IMG/VR virus record: IMGVR_UViG_3300027734_000039
DNA length: 64,000 nucleotides
Origin: a virus
Strand: one strand, 5' to 3'
Made by a program: the position numbers and the translations under genes. Shown in pieces: positions 28,989-38,583 of this stretch (position 1 is the stretch's first letter; each line of letters opens with the position of its first letter). Below the pieces are notes generated by a model, which was given only the letters and a program-made list of their open reading frames with translations, was not told the DNA's origin and searched no databases.

Positions 28989-29974
28989 TAGTAACAAAAA
29001 CTCCACTGCGTATTAGCTTCTTCGGTGGAGGGAGCGACATACCTCAGTTTTATAACGACCATCCTGGGCTTGTTATATCAACAGCGATTAACAAACACAT
29101 TTACATTGCTGCCAATCATTGTGTTGCTAATCATATCAAGCTTGTTTATTCAGAGATGGAATATCCTAAAAACATAGCAGACATTAAACACGATAGAATT
29201 CGTGAAGTGCTTCGTTATATGGGCATTACAAATAATATTGAAATTGCTAGTTTCTCCGACGTTCCTACGAAGGGAACAGGATTAGGTTCTTCATCTACAT
29301 TTACTGTTGGCATATTGGCAGCTCTTGCTAAAGAATATGGGTTTCCTTATAACAAGAGGGATCTAGCAGAACTTGCTTGTCATATCGAAATTGATAAGTG
29401 TAATGAACCTATCGGAAAACAAGATCAGTATGCTGCTGCCTACGGTGGCTTTAATGTTATTCGTTTTGATAAAGATAAAGTATCTGTAACTCCAGTTCCG
29501 ATTGGGATTGAAGTTTTGGACAAATTACAGTATAATTTATTTGCATACAATACTGGTATTAATCGTCAGGCGTCTTCTATCTTATCATCTCAAGTAGATA
29601 ATTTAAAGAGTGGCGGGGATACTATAGAAAATACAAAGGTAATGGTAGATCTAGCCGAAGAAGCATTAGGTTATTTGATTAATTCTAATTTAAATTCTTT
29701 TGGCGAGTTGCTCGATAAATCTTGGACTTATAAGAAAAAACTATCAGAAAATATCAGTAACATTCATATTGATAAAATGTACGAAACTGCTATGTCTGGT
29801 GGCGCTCTTGGTGGTAAGTTACTAGGAGCTGGTGGCGGTGGTTATATGTTATTTTATGTTCCTGAAGATAAACACTACACCTTTACTAAGAAAATGAATA
29901 ACTACGAAAGATTTAAATTTAAATTTGTAGAATACGGTTCTACCGTGGAGATGTTTAATAATGATAAAGAGTAA
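28985..29974 (+). CDS. hddA: D-glycero-alpha-D-manno-heptose-7-phosphate kinase (GHMP)
   Basis: TPLRISFFGGGSD; GTGLGSSS; GKQDQYAAAYGG; GKLLGAGGGG. Confidence 0.9.
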   Translation: MIVTKTPLRISFFGGGSDIPQFYNDHPGLVISTAINKHIYIAANHCVANHIKLVYSEMEYPKNIADIKHDRIREVLRYMGITNNIEIASFSDVPTKGTGLGSSSTFTVGILAALAKEYGFPYNKRDLAELACHIEIDKCNEPIGKQDQYAAAYGGFNVIRFDKDKVSVTPVPIGIEVLDKLQYNLFAYNTGINRQASSILSSQVDNLKSGGDTIENTKVMVDLAEEALGYLINSNLNSFGELLDKSWTYKKKLSENISNIHIDKMYETAMSGGALGGKLLGAGGGGYMLFYVPEDKHYTFTKKMNNYERFKFKFVEYGSTVEMFNNDKE

Positions 29975-30560
29975 ATTTTTTTGCGATTATGCTAATATGA
30001 TCAAGGAAGCTTCTGTTAAAGTTGACGAGAAAGAAGTCGCAGAAGTTTGTGATATACTAAGAAATGCTTACCTCAATAACACCCCAGTTTATGCAATCGG
30101 TAACGGTGGCTCTGCTGCAATTTCTCAGCATTTTTCATGTGACCATTCTAAAGGTGTTTGTCACGATACTATGTTAAAGGGTAACGTAATTAGCCTTGCG
30201 ACAAACGTTTCTCTTATGACCGCCATAGCTAATGATTACAACTATGACGAAGTATTTTCAAAACAAATAGAATATGTTAATTCGAAGTTTGTAAGTTCTA
30301 TCTTAATCGCGATATCTTCTAGCGGTAACTCTAATAACATCCTAGAGGGGTTGAAAACTGCAAGGAGATTAGGATGGGCTACTATCGCTTTCGTTGGTTT
30401 CGATGGCGGTAAGGTTTACTCGGAAAAGCTTGCAGATAATATCATACTCGTTCCTAGTAATAATTATGGGGTTGTCGAAGATATACATCAAATGCTAATG
30501 CATTCTATCTCCCAGGAAATACGTAAAGAACACTGCTCTAATCCTTCTATGAAGTTGTAA
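29961..30560 (+). CDS. gmhA: phosphoheptose isomerase (SIS)
   Basis: GNGGSAA; TAIANDY..FSKQ; ISSSGNS; VEDIH. Confidence 0.88.
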   Translation: MIKSKFFCDYANMIKEASVKVDEKEVAEVCDILRNAYLNNTPVYAIGNGGSAAISQHFSCDHSKGVCHDTMLKGNVISLATNVSLMTAIANDYNYDEVFSKQIEYVNSKFVSSILIAISSSGNSNNILEGLKTARRLGWATIAFVGFDGGKVYSEKLADNIILVPSNNYGVVEDIHQMLMHSISQEIRKEHCSNPSMKL

Positions 30561-30578
30561 AAACCTAAATAATAGCAG

Positions 30579-30607
30579 TTGACTTTAAACCGAATATACG
30601 GTATTAT
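30579..30607 (+). promoter_or_regulatory. sigma70-type promoter
   Basis: TTGACT-17 bp-TATTAT. Confidence 0.75.
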
Positions 30608-30629
30608 ATTATTAGAAATGGAAAGATAG

Positions 30630-31013
30630 ATGCATAGTAGTAATAACGTTATTCTATTTCCTAAACAGAGTGCTATTAAAAGTGAAGAGTTGGTGATAGA
30701 GGATATCGCTAACAAAGTAGAAATGATGAAATTATACCATATCCAAGAAACCATTGCAAACCTAGCTCCTATTATCTTCAATCAATTAGAAGTTGCTGGG
30801 TTTACTCTATCGGATGATGAAGTCGACGAAGATATTAAAGACGGCGCATTTATCATAGAAGCTTTGAGATCGTATATGTGTAAATACTATGATATCTACC
30901 ACCCGTTCCAGCAAATATCAGAGAACGTGTTTTCCCCAGATAACGAAGAAGTTGGCGCACTTAGAATTGCTGACTCTCTTTGTTTAGAATTGAAAAAAAG
31001 CGAAACCAACTAA
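30630..31013 (+). CDS. conserved T4-like hypothetical protein upstream of rnh
   Basis: NNVILFP..HPFQQI. Confidence 0.65.
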   Translation: MHSSNNVILFPKQSAIKSEELVIEDIANKVEMMKLYHIQETIANLAPIIFNQLEVAGFTLSDDEVDEDIKDGAFIIEALRSYMCKYYDIYHPFQQISENVFSPDNEEVGALRIADSLCLELKKSETN

Positions 31014-31023
31014 CAGGTGAAAT

Positions 31024-31881
31024 GTGATTATCGTTGATTTGAATCAGGTTATGCTTTCGAATTTGCTTATGCAATTAGGCAACCATACGAATGCGCAACT
31101 TGAAGAAAATATGGTTCGCCATATGATTTTAAATTCTATCCGTTCGTATAAGACCAAGTTTGGCGTCGACTACGGTGAAATTGTTATTGCTTGCGATAAC
31201 ACGAATTATTGGCGCAAGCAAGCCTTCCCTTACTATAAAGCTAATCGTAAAAAGAGTCAAGAAAAATCAGAACTTGACTGGAAGCAAATTTTCGAATGCT
31301 TGAATAAGATTCGCGCAGAGCTTAAAGAATATTTTCCATACCGTATTATTGATATTGAAGCCGCCGAAGCCGACGATATTATCGGAACCCTTGTAAAAGA
31401 GTTCGGGTCTGATCTCGGTAACGATCCTATTCTTATTCTTTCTGGCGATAAAGATTTCATTCAGCTACATACATATGCAAATGTGAAACAGTATGACCCG
31501 ACTCGTAAGAAGTGGATTACTCATAATGATCCAGAGCGTTACCTACAAGAACATGTTCTAAAGGGAGATAGCGGAGATGGCGTACCTAACGTACTTTCTA
31601 CTGATAATTGTTTTGTTGTTGGGGACCGCCAAAAGCCATTGACACAAAAGAAAATCGATGCATTGATTGAGCTTGGTCTTGATGATAAGTCAGATCATAC
31701 TTTGTTCAAAAACTATATGCGTAATAAAACGCTAATCGATCTCGAATATATACCTAAACAAATTCACCACAAGGTGATGGAATCATATAATGCACAGGGC
31801 GGCAAGGATCGTTCTAAATTGATGAACTACTTTATTTCAAATCGTTTGAAAAACTTAATGGAAAATATCGCGGAGTTTTAA
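31024..31881 (+). CDS. rnh: T4-like RNase H / 5'-3' exonuclease
   Basis: YWRK..YYKANR; EADDIIG; SGDKDFIQL; GDSGDGVPN. Confidence 0.95.
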   Translation: MIIVDLNQVMLSNLLMQLGNHTNAQLEENMVRHMILNSIRSYKTKFGVDYGEIVIACDNTNYWRKQAFPYYKANRKKSQEKSELDWKQIFECLNKIRAELKEYFPYRIIDIEAAEADDIIGTLVKEFGSDLGNDPILILSGDKDFIQLHTYANVKQYDPTRKKWITHNDPERYLQEHVLKGDSGDGVPNVLSTDNCFVVGDRQKPLTQKKIDALIELGLDDKSDHTLFKNYMRNKTLIDLEYIPKQIHHKVMESYNAQGGKDRSKLMNYFISNRLKNLMENIAEF

Positions 31882-32295
31882 ATGCAAATCGGAATGGCAG
31901 AATTTTTAGAAAAAGTAGCAAAGCTAAAGAGAACACAAGAAAAGGTTGATGCGTTGAAGTTCAACGATAGCTATCCTCTTCGCGTTATCCTTCAGGCTTG
32001 TTATGACCCAAAGGTCGAATGGGCACTCCCTCCTGGAGTTCCTCCTTATAAGCCAAATGAATTGGTTGATCAGGAAAACGTTCTTATTAGAGAATGTCAA
32101 AAGCTAACATATTACATCAAGGGGTTTCACCCCGATCTTCCGCAACTCAAGCGCGAAACTATGTTCGTTAATTTGCTTGAAAACGTTGCTCCAAAAGATG
32201 CAGAACTTCTTTGCCATATCAAAGACAAAAAGCCAATTAAAGGCATTACCCTTCAACATGTAACAGAGGCGCTACCAGGGCTTATTCAAGAATGA
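31882..32295 (+). CDS. conserved T4-like hypothetical protein
   Basis: LPPGVPPY..KRETMFVNLLE. Confidence 0.7.
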   Translation: MQIGMAEFLEKVAKLKRTQEKVDALKFNDSYPLRVILQACYDPKVEWALPPGVPPYKPNELVDQENVLIRECQKLTYYIKGFHPDLPQLKRETMFVNLLENVAPKDAELLCHIKDKKPIKGITLQHVTEALPGLIQE

Positions 32296-32498
32296 GTAAA
32301 CAACAAATTAAAAAGTTTCGTAAAAATGATTATTCGTATGATGATGAAGAGGCAGAATCATACAATCCTAAAAATTTTGTAAATAAGCATAAAGAGCGTA
32401 GAGTCGAGCGAGCCCTCCGCACCAAGGATATCTCGGCTCTAACTGAAGATGAAGATGATGATTGGGATGATGATCATATGTTCGAGGTTAGACAATAA
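32292..32498 (+). CDS. hypothetical protein
   Basis: 68 aa, coupled to neighbours. Confidence 0.6.
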   Translation: MSKQQIKKFRKNDYSYDDEEAESYNPKNFVNKHKERRVERALRTKDISALTEDEDDDWDDDHMFEVRQ

Positions 32499-32740
32499 TG
32501 CCCACATATAAATTTCTTAATAATGAAACTGGCGAAGAGTTCGAGGACTTTATGACTATCTCGGCTCTAGATGATTACTTGAAGTTAAATCCACATTTAG
32601 TTCAACTTGTAAATGGTGCACCAATGATCTCTTCTGGTCGCGGTATGGGCAAACCTGATCAGGGGTTCAGAGATATCTTGAAAAATATTAAAGATAAAAA
32701 TTCAGGAGGTCTTACGAAGAGCACCATTAATACTTTTTAA
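32498..32740 (+). CDS. FmdB-like small protein
   Basis: MPTYKFLNNETGEEFE..KPDQGFRDIL. Confidence 0.65.
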   Translation: MPTYKFLNNETGEEFEDFMTISALDDYLKLNPHLVQLVNGAPMISSGRGMGKPDQGFRDILKNIKDKNSGGLTKSTINTF

Positions 32741-32749
32741 AGGGTAATA

Positions 32750-33493
32750 ATGGAACACGTTAAGAGACTAACAAGAAAAGAAAAACGTATTCTTAGGCAA
32801 AATAACGAGAAGGTAGATAATCAAGAAAAATTAAATTTTAAACTCAAAAATGTAGAACCTTTAACGCAAAACCAAAAGCTATCTTTTGAAGCATATCATA
32901 ATGGTAAAAATTTGATGCTTCATGGAATCGCTGGTACTGGTAAAAGTTTTATTTCTATGTATTTGGGATTGAATCAAATACTTGGTGAAAATAGTCAGTA
33001 TAAAAAACTTGTTATTGTTAGAAGTGTTGTTCCAACTAGAGATATGGGATTCCTTCCAGGTAACTCTAAAGAAAAGGCAAAAGTGTATGAAGCACCCTAC
33101 TACGCAATCTGTACAGAGCTCTTTGGTCGCTCGGATTCTTACGAGTATCTTAAATCCAGGAATGTGGTTGAATTTATCTCCACATCTTTCATACGCGGCA
33201 TTACTCTTAATGATTGTATCATTGTGGTGGATGAAATTGCCAACATGACATTACACGAGCTAGACTCGGTAATTACTCGCGTTGGTAAAAATTGTAGAAT
33301 TATTTTCTCTGGGGATTTCCGTCAATCAGACTTCACCAAAGAACATGAAAAAAATGGGTTGATTGATTTTATGCGAATTATTGAACGTATGAAGTCCTTT
33401 ACCTTTATTGATTTTAATGAACATGATATTGTCCGAAGCTCCATGGTGAAAGACTATATTATTCAAAAGGACAAATTGAGAATTGTCGCGTAA
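32750..33493 (+). CDS. phoH: PhoH-like ATPase
   Basis: GIAGTGKS; RDMGFLPG; FIRGITL; GDFRQSD; DIVRS. Confidence 0.93.
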   Translation: MEHVKRLTRKEKRILRQNNEKVDNQEKLNFKLKNVEPLTQNQKLSFEAYHNGKNLMLHGIAGTGKSFISMYLGLNQILGENSQYKKLVIVRSVVPTRDMGFLPGNSKEKAKVYEAPYYAICTELFGRSDSYEYLKSRNVVEFISTSFIRGITLNDCIIVVDEIANMTLHELDSVITRVGKNCRIIFSGDFRQSDFTKEHEKNGLIDFMRIIERMKSFTFIDFNEHDIVRSSMVKDYIIQKDKLRIVA

Positions 33494-34148
33494 AACATTT
33501 ATTCATAAGTTCGTTCCAACTGTTGAGCTGGCCACTGAAAATATCGGTGGCCAGCGTTATTACGTTTTGCCTGATGGCTTAACAAAGCTAAAGTCCGTCA
33601 CAACTATTCTTGGCGAGCGTACTGATAAAACTGCTTTATTAGAATGGAGAGCAAGGGTTGGCGAAGCTGAAGCTCAAAAGATATCCGTGCAGGCTGCTCG
33701 TCGTGGGACAGCTATTCATTCTATTGCTGAACGATATATTTTGAATGAAGAAAAGTATTACAGCGATAAAGAGATGCCCATTAACATAGAATCTTTTAAA
33801 CCTATTAAAGAGATTTTAGATGAACATGTTAATACTGTTCTTGGCGTTGAGATACCCCTTTATTCAAAAGCTCTTGGTTGCGCTGGTAGAACCGATCTAG
33901 TTGCTGAATATGATGGCGTTGTATCTATTATCGACTTTAAAACTTCAAAGAGAATGAAAAAAGCTGAATGGATCGAAAACTACTTTATACAAGCTACTTG
34001 CTATGCTATGATGTTTGAATGGATTTATAAAATTGCAGTTCCTCAAATCGTTATCATCATAACAGTTGACGACGAAAAAACGCCCCAGGTATTTAAGCTG
34101 GAGCGTTCTCAGTATGTTAATCGTGTGTTGGAAATTTTTAGAACTTAA
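33483..34148 (+). CDS. PD-(D/E)XK exonuclease (T4-like)
   Basis: SVTTIL; RGTAIH; AGRTD..IIDFKTS..YFIQATCY. Confidence 0.88.
   Translation: MSRKTFIHKFVPTVELATENIGGQRYYVLPDGLTKLKSVTTILGERTDKTALLEWRARVGEAEAQKISVQAARRGTAIHSIAERYILNEEKYYSDKEMPINIESFKPIKEILDEHVNTVLGVEIPLYSKALGCAGRTDLVAEYDGVVSIIDFKTSKRMKKAEWIENYFIQATCYAMMFEWIYKIAVPQIVIIITVDDEKTPQVFKLERSQYVNRVLEIFRT
34075..34107 (-). terminator. intrinsic terminator for the converging - strand gene
   Basis: CGCTCCAG/CTGGGGCG stem followed by T6 on the - strand. Confidence 0.6.
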
Positions 34149-36006
34149 AGTTTAATCCTACCATAGCAGAAACACCTTTATAACCATTGCCGCCATAATC
34201 GCCCCCTAACGATACAAAGGCAGAGGTAGTTTCATTTATTTTCTTATCATACTTTACACGAACTTGACCAACTGTTTTGAAATCTTTAGATTGAGTAACT
34301 CTAGTTTCAACAGAAAAATCTTGGTCAAGTTGATAACGCACACCTGCATATGGACGAACTTCTGTTCTATCTTTCTTTTCAGGGAGAGTAGATAACAAAG
34401 GAGAACCAAATTCTTTTGATGAATATATATCGCTATAGTTTAACGTCGCGCCGAATAAAGGTCTAAACCCGAAATAGTCTTTTCCGGAATAAACAGTAAT
34501 ATCCGTATATGCGGTATTTTGACTTACCTTATTTGAATTGCTTAAATTGAAACCAGTGAGGTTTACTGCTGAGTTATAATTTGTATTACTATAACCAACA
34601 GAAGTTTTTACCAAAGCAAGATCTTGTTTAGTTAACCAATAAGCAGTTCCGGAACCAGTTTTGAATAATGAATTTGAATTATTATATACATAAGATTCTA
34701 CTTCTTCATAAGCACCAGCAATACCATAAGTGTTTTTACCGATAGTATTTTGATAACCGAAGCTTAAACCAGATGATCTTAAACCACCATTTATTCTAGT
34801 AAATCCTAAAATTGGCTGTGCCCACTGACCGTCTTTGATAGATAAAGCGTCGACGATAAATGGATTAAAGTTTCTATAATCTAAAGAATTTTTCAAAGCA
34901 ACAGCTGAAGCAGTTTTGTTTGCTGAAGTTGAATCACCAAACTGATAAGCAGTTCCAGTTTGTGTTGTTGTAGTTGCAGGATTGTTTGGATCAGCAACGG
35001 TTGTGGTTGTATTGTTACTCCATGTCTGAATCACCTTCGGTGTTGTAACCGTTGTGACTGTATATGGCGTAGCAGTTACAGGAGTTGTTGTCTGAGTTAC
35101 ATTAAACTTAGATCCTGTATTCGTGCTAGATGTTGTAACCAACGTTGGTGCTGCTGTTGGTGTCCCTAAAGTCGTTGTCGAAGTAACAGTTGGTGTTGTT
35201 GGTGTTGTGCTTACAACTGTTGGGTTCGATGGAGCTGGTGTAGGATCAACCGTTGGCATGTTTGGATTGTTAGGAGCAACAGCACCGAACGTCTGACCGT
35301 TCTTAGTTACAGATCCAAGACCATCGTTCACATACAGAACTGGCGAAAGAGCAGTATCACCCTGATTGAATGAAGCGAAACCAAGACGATACGTTCCAGC
35401 ATCTACAGTTTCGTAGTTGACGATCTGCCAACCAGTTGAACCGTATGAACCAGTCGAATAGTTACCTGTTCCTGGATTTGTAGCACCGAGCAGAATGTAT
35501 TGTGTAAGAACGTTATTGATCTTACCAAGAGCAGCTGCGTTGCCTGTGTTCACGAATGTTGTGATAGAACCGTCATTGAACGGAACGTAGTCAGTCGATG
35601 TGTAAACCCAATACATCGAGAACTTAGTAGCAGCTGCAAGTGGGAAATCTTTATAGACCCATGCTGCGTTGGTAATGTTACCACCACCTTGTGGATTTTG
35701 TGCAGCGATTTCACCAGAAAGAGCAGATACAGAAGCGGCACTCATACCGAGCGCATTTGTCATATTGGTATATGTTGCTGTTGGATTAGTTGGTGTGAGA
35801 CCAACCATCGTCGATCCCGTGTATGGGCTGATTGCCCATGCATTCATGCCAGCTTGAATTGTTTGTGTGCCAGTCTTTGTAGCTGTCCCAGCAGGACCAT
35901 TTGTCCATCCACTGGCGCTTAGTGAGTAATCTTGTGAAAACGCTACCGATGTAAATGCAAATAGGGCGATTGTCGCCGCTAGAATCTTTTTCATTTTTGG
36001 CTCCAT
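34138..36006 (-). CDS. autotransporter-like outer membrane protein
   Basis: Signal peptide, beta-rich passenger, Thr/Pro linker, amphipathic barrel ending GLNFKF. Confidence 0.7.
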   Translation of the reverse strand: MEPKMKKILAATIALFAFTSVAFSQDYSLSASGWTNGPAGTATKTGTQTIQAGMNAWAISPYTGSTMVGLTPTNPTATYTNMTNALGMSAASVSALSGEIAAQNPQGGGNITNAAWVYKDFPLAAATKFSMYWVYTSTDYVPFNDGSITTFVNTGNAAALGKINNVLTQYILLGATNPGTGNYSTGSYGSTGWQIVNYETVDAGTYRLGFASFNQGDTALSPVLYVNDGLGSVTKNGQTFGAVAPNNPNMPTVDPTPAPSNPTVVSTTPTTPTVTSTTTLGTPTAAPTLVTTSSTNTGSKFNVTQTTTPVTATPYTVTTVTTPKVIQTWSNNTTTTVADPNNPATTTTQTGTAYQFGDSTSANKTASAVALKNSLDYRNFNPFIVDALSIKDGQWAQPILGFTRINGGLRSSGLSFGYQNTIGKNTYGIAGAYEEVESYVYNNSNSLFKTGSGTAYWLTKQDLALVKTSVGYSNTNYNSAVNLTGFNLSNSNKVSQNTAYTDITVYSGKDYFGFRPLFGATLNYSDIYSSKEFGSPLLSTLPEKKDRTEVRPYAGVRYQLDQDFSVETRVTQSKDFKTVGQVRVKYDKKINETTSAFVSLGGDYGGNGYKGVSAMVGLNFKF

Positions 36007-36062
36007 TATGGTTTGATAATTTCATCAATCATCAGACACATAACGAAACAACATCTCTACTC

Positions 36063-36074
36063 TATTTATAAATA
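36063..36074. promoter_or_regulatory. bidirectional late promoter
   Basis: Palindrome TATTTATAAATA gives TATAAATA on both strands, between divergent genes. Confidence 0.7.
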
Positions 36075-36095
36075 ATAAAAAAGGTGGAGGTTTTT

Positions 36096-36377
36096 ATGGA
36101 TACTTGGTTTAAATTAATCGCCGATGTCGGCTTTCCTATCGCTGCTGCATGCGCAATGGGATACTTTATTTTCTTAACGATTAAATTCATCCTTGCTGGT
36201 GTTATGAGTAGCGTCCAAGGACTCAGTGGAATCATTACTGCTCTCGATAACAGAGTTAAGACGATGAACCACGACGTCATAAGAATCGACACTCTCGTCT
36301 CCAACGCCATGGGTGTTAAACCTGACATTGACCGTATCGCCCGTGCGGACGGCAAAAACGATGCAAGAAGGGACTGA
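36096..36377 (+). CDS. YvrJ-like small membrane protein
   Basis: LIADVGFPIAAA TM segment plus coiled coil; GGAGG RBS. Confidence 0.7.
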   Translation: MDTWFKLIADVGFPIAAACAMGYFIFLTIKFILAGVMSSVQGLSGIITALDNRVKTMNHDVIRIDTLVSNAMGVKPDIDRIARADGKNDARRD

Positions 36378-36379
36378 CC

Positions 36380-36733
36380 ATGGGTGATATTGCTCAATTA
36401 ATTTCAAAGTATGGGTTTCCTATTGTCGCTGCGGCAGGTATGGGTTATATGATTTTTTATGTGTGGACTTGGGCTACACAGGAAGTTAAGCCAGTACTCT
36501 CAGAGGCTAATAAAGTTTTGATTGCGCTTATTGATCGTATTCGCATGTTAGATAATGACCTTATTCGTTTAAATCAAAAAGTTAATATTGTTCTTCAACT
36601 ACGTAAAATGGAACATGACGAGTTAACAAAGCAAGCTCATCAGTTTTTGATCGAAGAAAATAACAGGTCCGTATCTGTACCAGAGCAAAAGACCGAGGAA
36701 AAGCCAGACGAATCCAATAAGAAAGTAAAGTAA
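36380..36733 (+). CDS. YvrJ-like small membrane protein (paralogue)
   Basis: LISKYGFPIVAA..LIDRIRMLDNDLIRL. Confidence 0.7.
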   Translation: MGDIAQLISKYGFPIVAAAGMGYMIFYVWTWATQEVKPVLSEANKVLIALIDRIRMLDNDLIRLNQKVNIVLQLRKMEHDELTKQAHQFLIEENNRSVSVPEQKTEEKPDESNKKVK

Positions 36734-36735
36734 TA

Positions 36736-37707
36736 TTACTTCCTTAGATTGTCTATGAACATTTTCGCTGTTTTCTTCCAATCGTAATTTTCCTTAATAA
36801 AGTTAGAGCAGTCAGACGATTTAAGTTTGACTGCTTTTTCGCAAGCAACTTTAAGATCCCAATTCATAGCCCCAACTTTTTTATTGAGGATATCGATTGG
36901 ACCAGTTACTGGATAAGCAGCAACTGGTGTTCCGCAAGCAAGAGCTTCAATAATAACTATACCGAATGTATCTGCCTTTGATGGGAATACAAACACATCA
37001 GCATTTTGATAAACAAATGCTAAATTATTACCTGTTAATTTGCCCATAAAATTTACATACGGATATTTTTTTCTTAATCTTTCAAGTTCTGGACCATCGC
37101 CAACAACAACCTTTGTTGATTTAATATCTAAATCAAGAAAAGCTTCGATGTTTTTTTCTACCGAAACTCTACCAACATAAAGAAGCATTGGTATCTGCCC
37201 CTTTAATCTTTTCGGCTTCGGTGGTTTAAATAGATTAGTATCTACACCACGAGTCCATTTAACAAGATTAACAAACCCACGTCTTTCAAGATCTAATTTC
37301 AAACTATCAGTCGTCACCATCACAGCTGAACTTTTAGAATGAAACCACTTCATATATTTGTATGTAAACTTAGCTGGAAACTTAATCATTGCTTCTAAAA
37401 ATTCAGGAAACTTTGTGTGATAGCTCGTTGTAAAGTTTCTTTTGTTTTTTACACACCAGTTTCTTACAGCTAACCCGATCGGTCCTTCTGTAGCGATATG
37501 AATATACTTTGGATTTAGTTTCTTTATCTTTTCATCTATGCCAAAAGGTATGGCTAAACTAATCTCATTATATAATGGACATGGAAATGATTTGAAATCG
37601 TTCGGTGTGATGAAAATAACATCATCACACTCTTCTTGTATTTTCTTTAAGGTCATAACAACGCCGTTAACTTGTGGTTCCCAAGCGTCAGTTGCGATAA
37701 GAATCAT
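36736..37707 (-). CDS. GT4 glycosyltransferase
   Basis: TDAWEPQVNGVV; HIATEGPIG; FPSKADTFG..EALACGTPV. Confidence 0.92.
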   Translation of the reverse strand: MILIATDAWEPQVNGVVMTLKKIQEECDDVIFITPNDFKSFPCPLYNEISLAIPFGIDEKIKKLNPKYIHIATEGPIGLAVRNWCVKNKRNFTTSYHTKFPEFLEAMIKFPAKFTYKYMKWFHSKSSAVMVTTDSLKLDLERRGFVNLVKWTRGVDTNLFKPPKPKRLKGQIPMLLYVGRVSVEKNIEAFLDLDIKSTKVVVGDGPELERLRKKYPYVNFMGKLTGNNLAFVYQNADVFVFPSKADTFGIVIIEALACGTPVAAYPVTGPIDILNKKVGAMNWDLKVACEKAVKLKSSDCSNFIKENYDWKKTAKMFIDNLRK

Positions 37708-37835
37708 TTTACAGCTTGTGTTTTCTTATTTTTCAAAGACTTCTTAAGAATTTTAAACCAAACTTTCTTTTCTTTATCCTTATTTTTTTCAAGGATAGCT
37801 TTGTAAAGTTTAGAAACTAACTTATTTACTTTCAT
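37704..37835 (-). CDS. small Lys-rich protein (43 aa, not in ORF track)
   Basis: MKVNKLVSKLYKAILEKNKDKEKKVWFKIL..; ATGA overlap with GT4. Confidence 0.5.
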   Translation of the reverse strand: MKVNKLVSKLYKAILEKNKDKEKKVWFKILKKSLKNKKTQAVK

Positions 37836-38583
37836 CGTTCCACCTTATTAGTTCGAATTTACCATCATAGTGTTCAACAATAGCAGTACAAGATTCTACC
37901 CAGTCACCACAGTTATAGTATTTAATACCGTTGAAATCGCCAATGTTAGCGTGATGGATATGACCACAAACAACACCGCTAACTTCTTGTGTTTTAGCAA
38001 AAGAAGAAAGGGTCTCTTCATAATTGCCAATAAAGTTTACAGCTTCTTTTACTTTGTACTTAGCCCATGCACTCAATGACCAATATGGCAACCCAAACCA
38101 GTTTCTAACTTTAGTAACAAGAGTGTTAAGCGCCATCGCTACATCATACGCCCAAGAACCTAGATGAGCTAACCACTTTGCATTTCTAATTACAGCATCA
38201 AACTGGTCGCCGTGTATGACAAGTATAGGTTTACCATCAACTGTAATATGAACGAAACGTTCTAATACGTGAATGTTACCAAAGAACTGATCACCAAACG
38301 TTCTTAGTATTTCGTCGTGATTGCCTGACACATATATGATATCAGTACCTTTACGACCTTTTCTTAATATCTTTTGTACAACGTCATTGTGACTTTGTGT
38401 CCAATACATATTTTTTGACATAGCCCAGCAGTCAATAATATCGCCTACCAAATAAAACTTTTCACATTCAAACGTTTTCATAAACTCTAATAGAGCATCA
38501 GCCTGTGACGCTTTTGTCCCAAGGTGAACATCTGATATGAATACAGAACGATACTTATTTACTATTGGTTCTGAAGACGCCAT
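37822..38583 (-). CDS. LpxH-like metallophosphoesterase (UDP-2,3-diacylglucosamine diphosphatase family)
   Basis: ISDVHLG; VGDIID; GNHDE; HGDQFD; CGHIH; GDWVES. Confidence 0.88.
   Translation of the reverse strand: MASSEPIVNKYRSVFISDVHLGTKASQADALLEFMKTFECEKFYLVGDIIDCWAMSKNMYWTQSHNDVVQKILRKGRKGTDIIYVSGNHDEILRTFGDQFFGNIHVLERFVHITVDGKPILVIHGDQFDAVIRNAKWLAHLGSWAYDVAMALNTLVTKVRNWFGLPYWSLSAWAKYKVKEAVNFIGNYEETLSSFAKTQEVSGVVCGHIHHANIGDFNGIKYYNCGDWVESCTAIVEHYDGKFELIRWNDESK

Noticed and set aside
33527-33555. GC-rich hairpin inside the exonuclease gene as a terminator
   Set aside because: Weak U-tract; function cannot be supported from sequence
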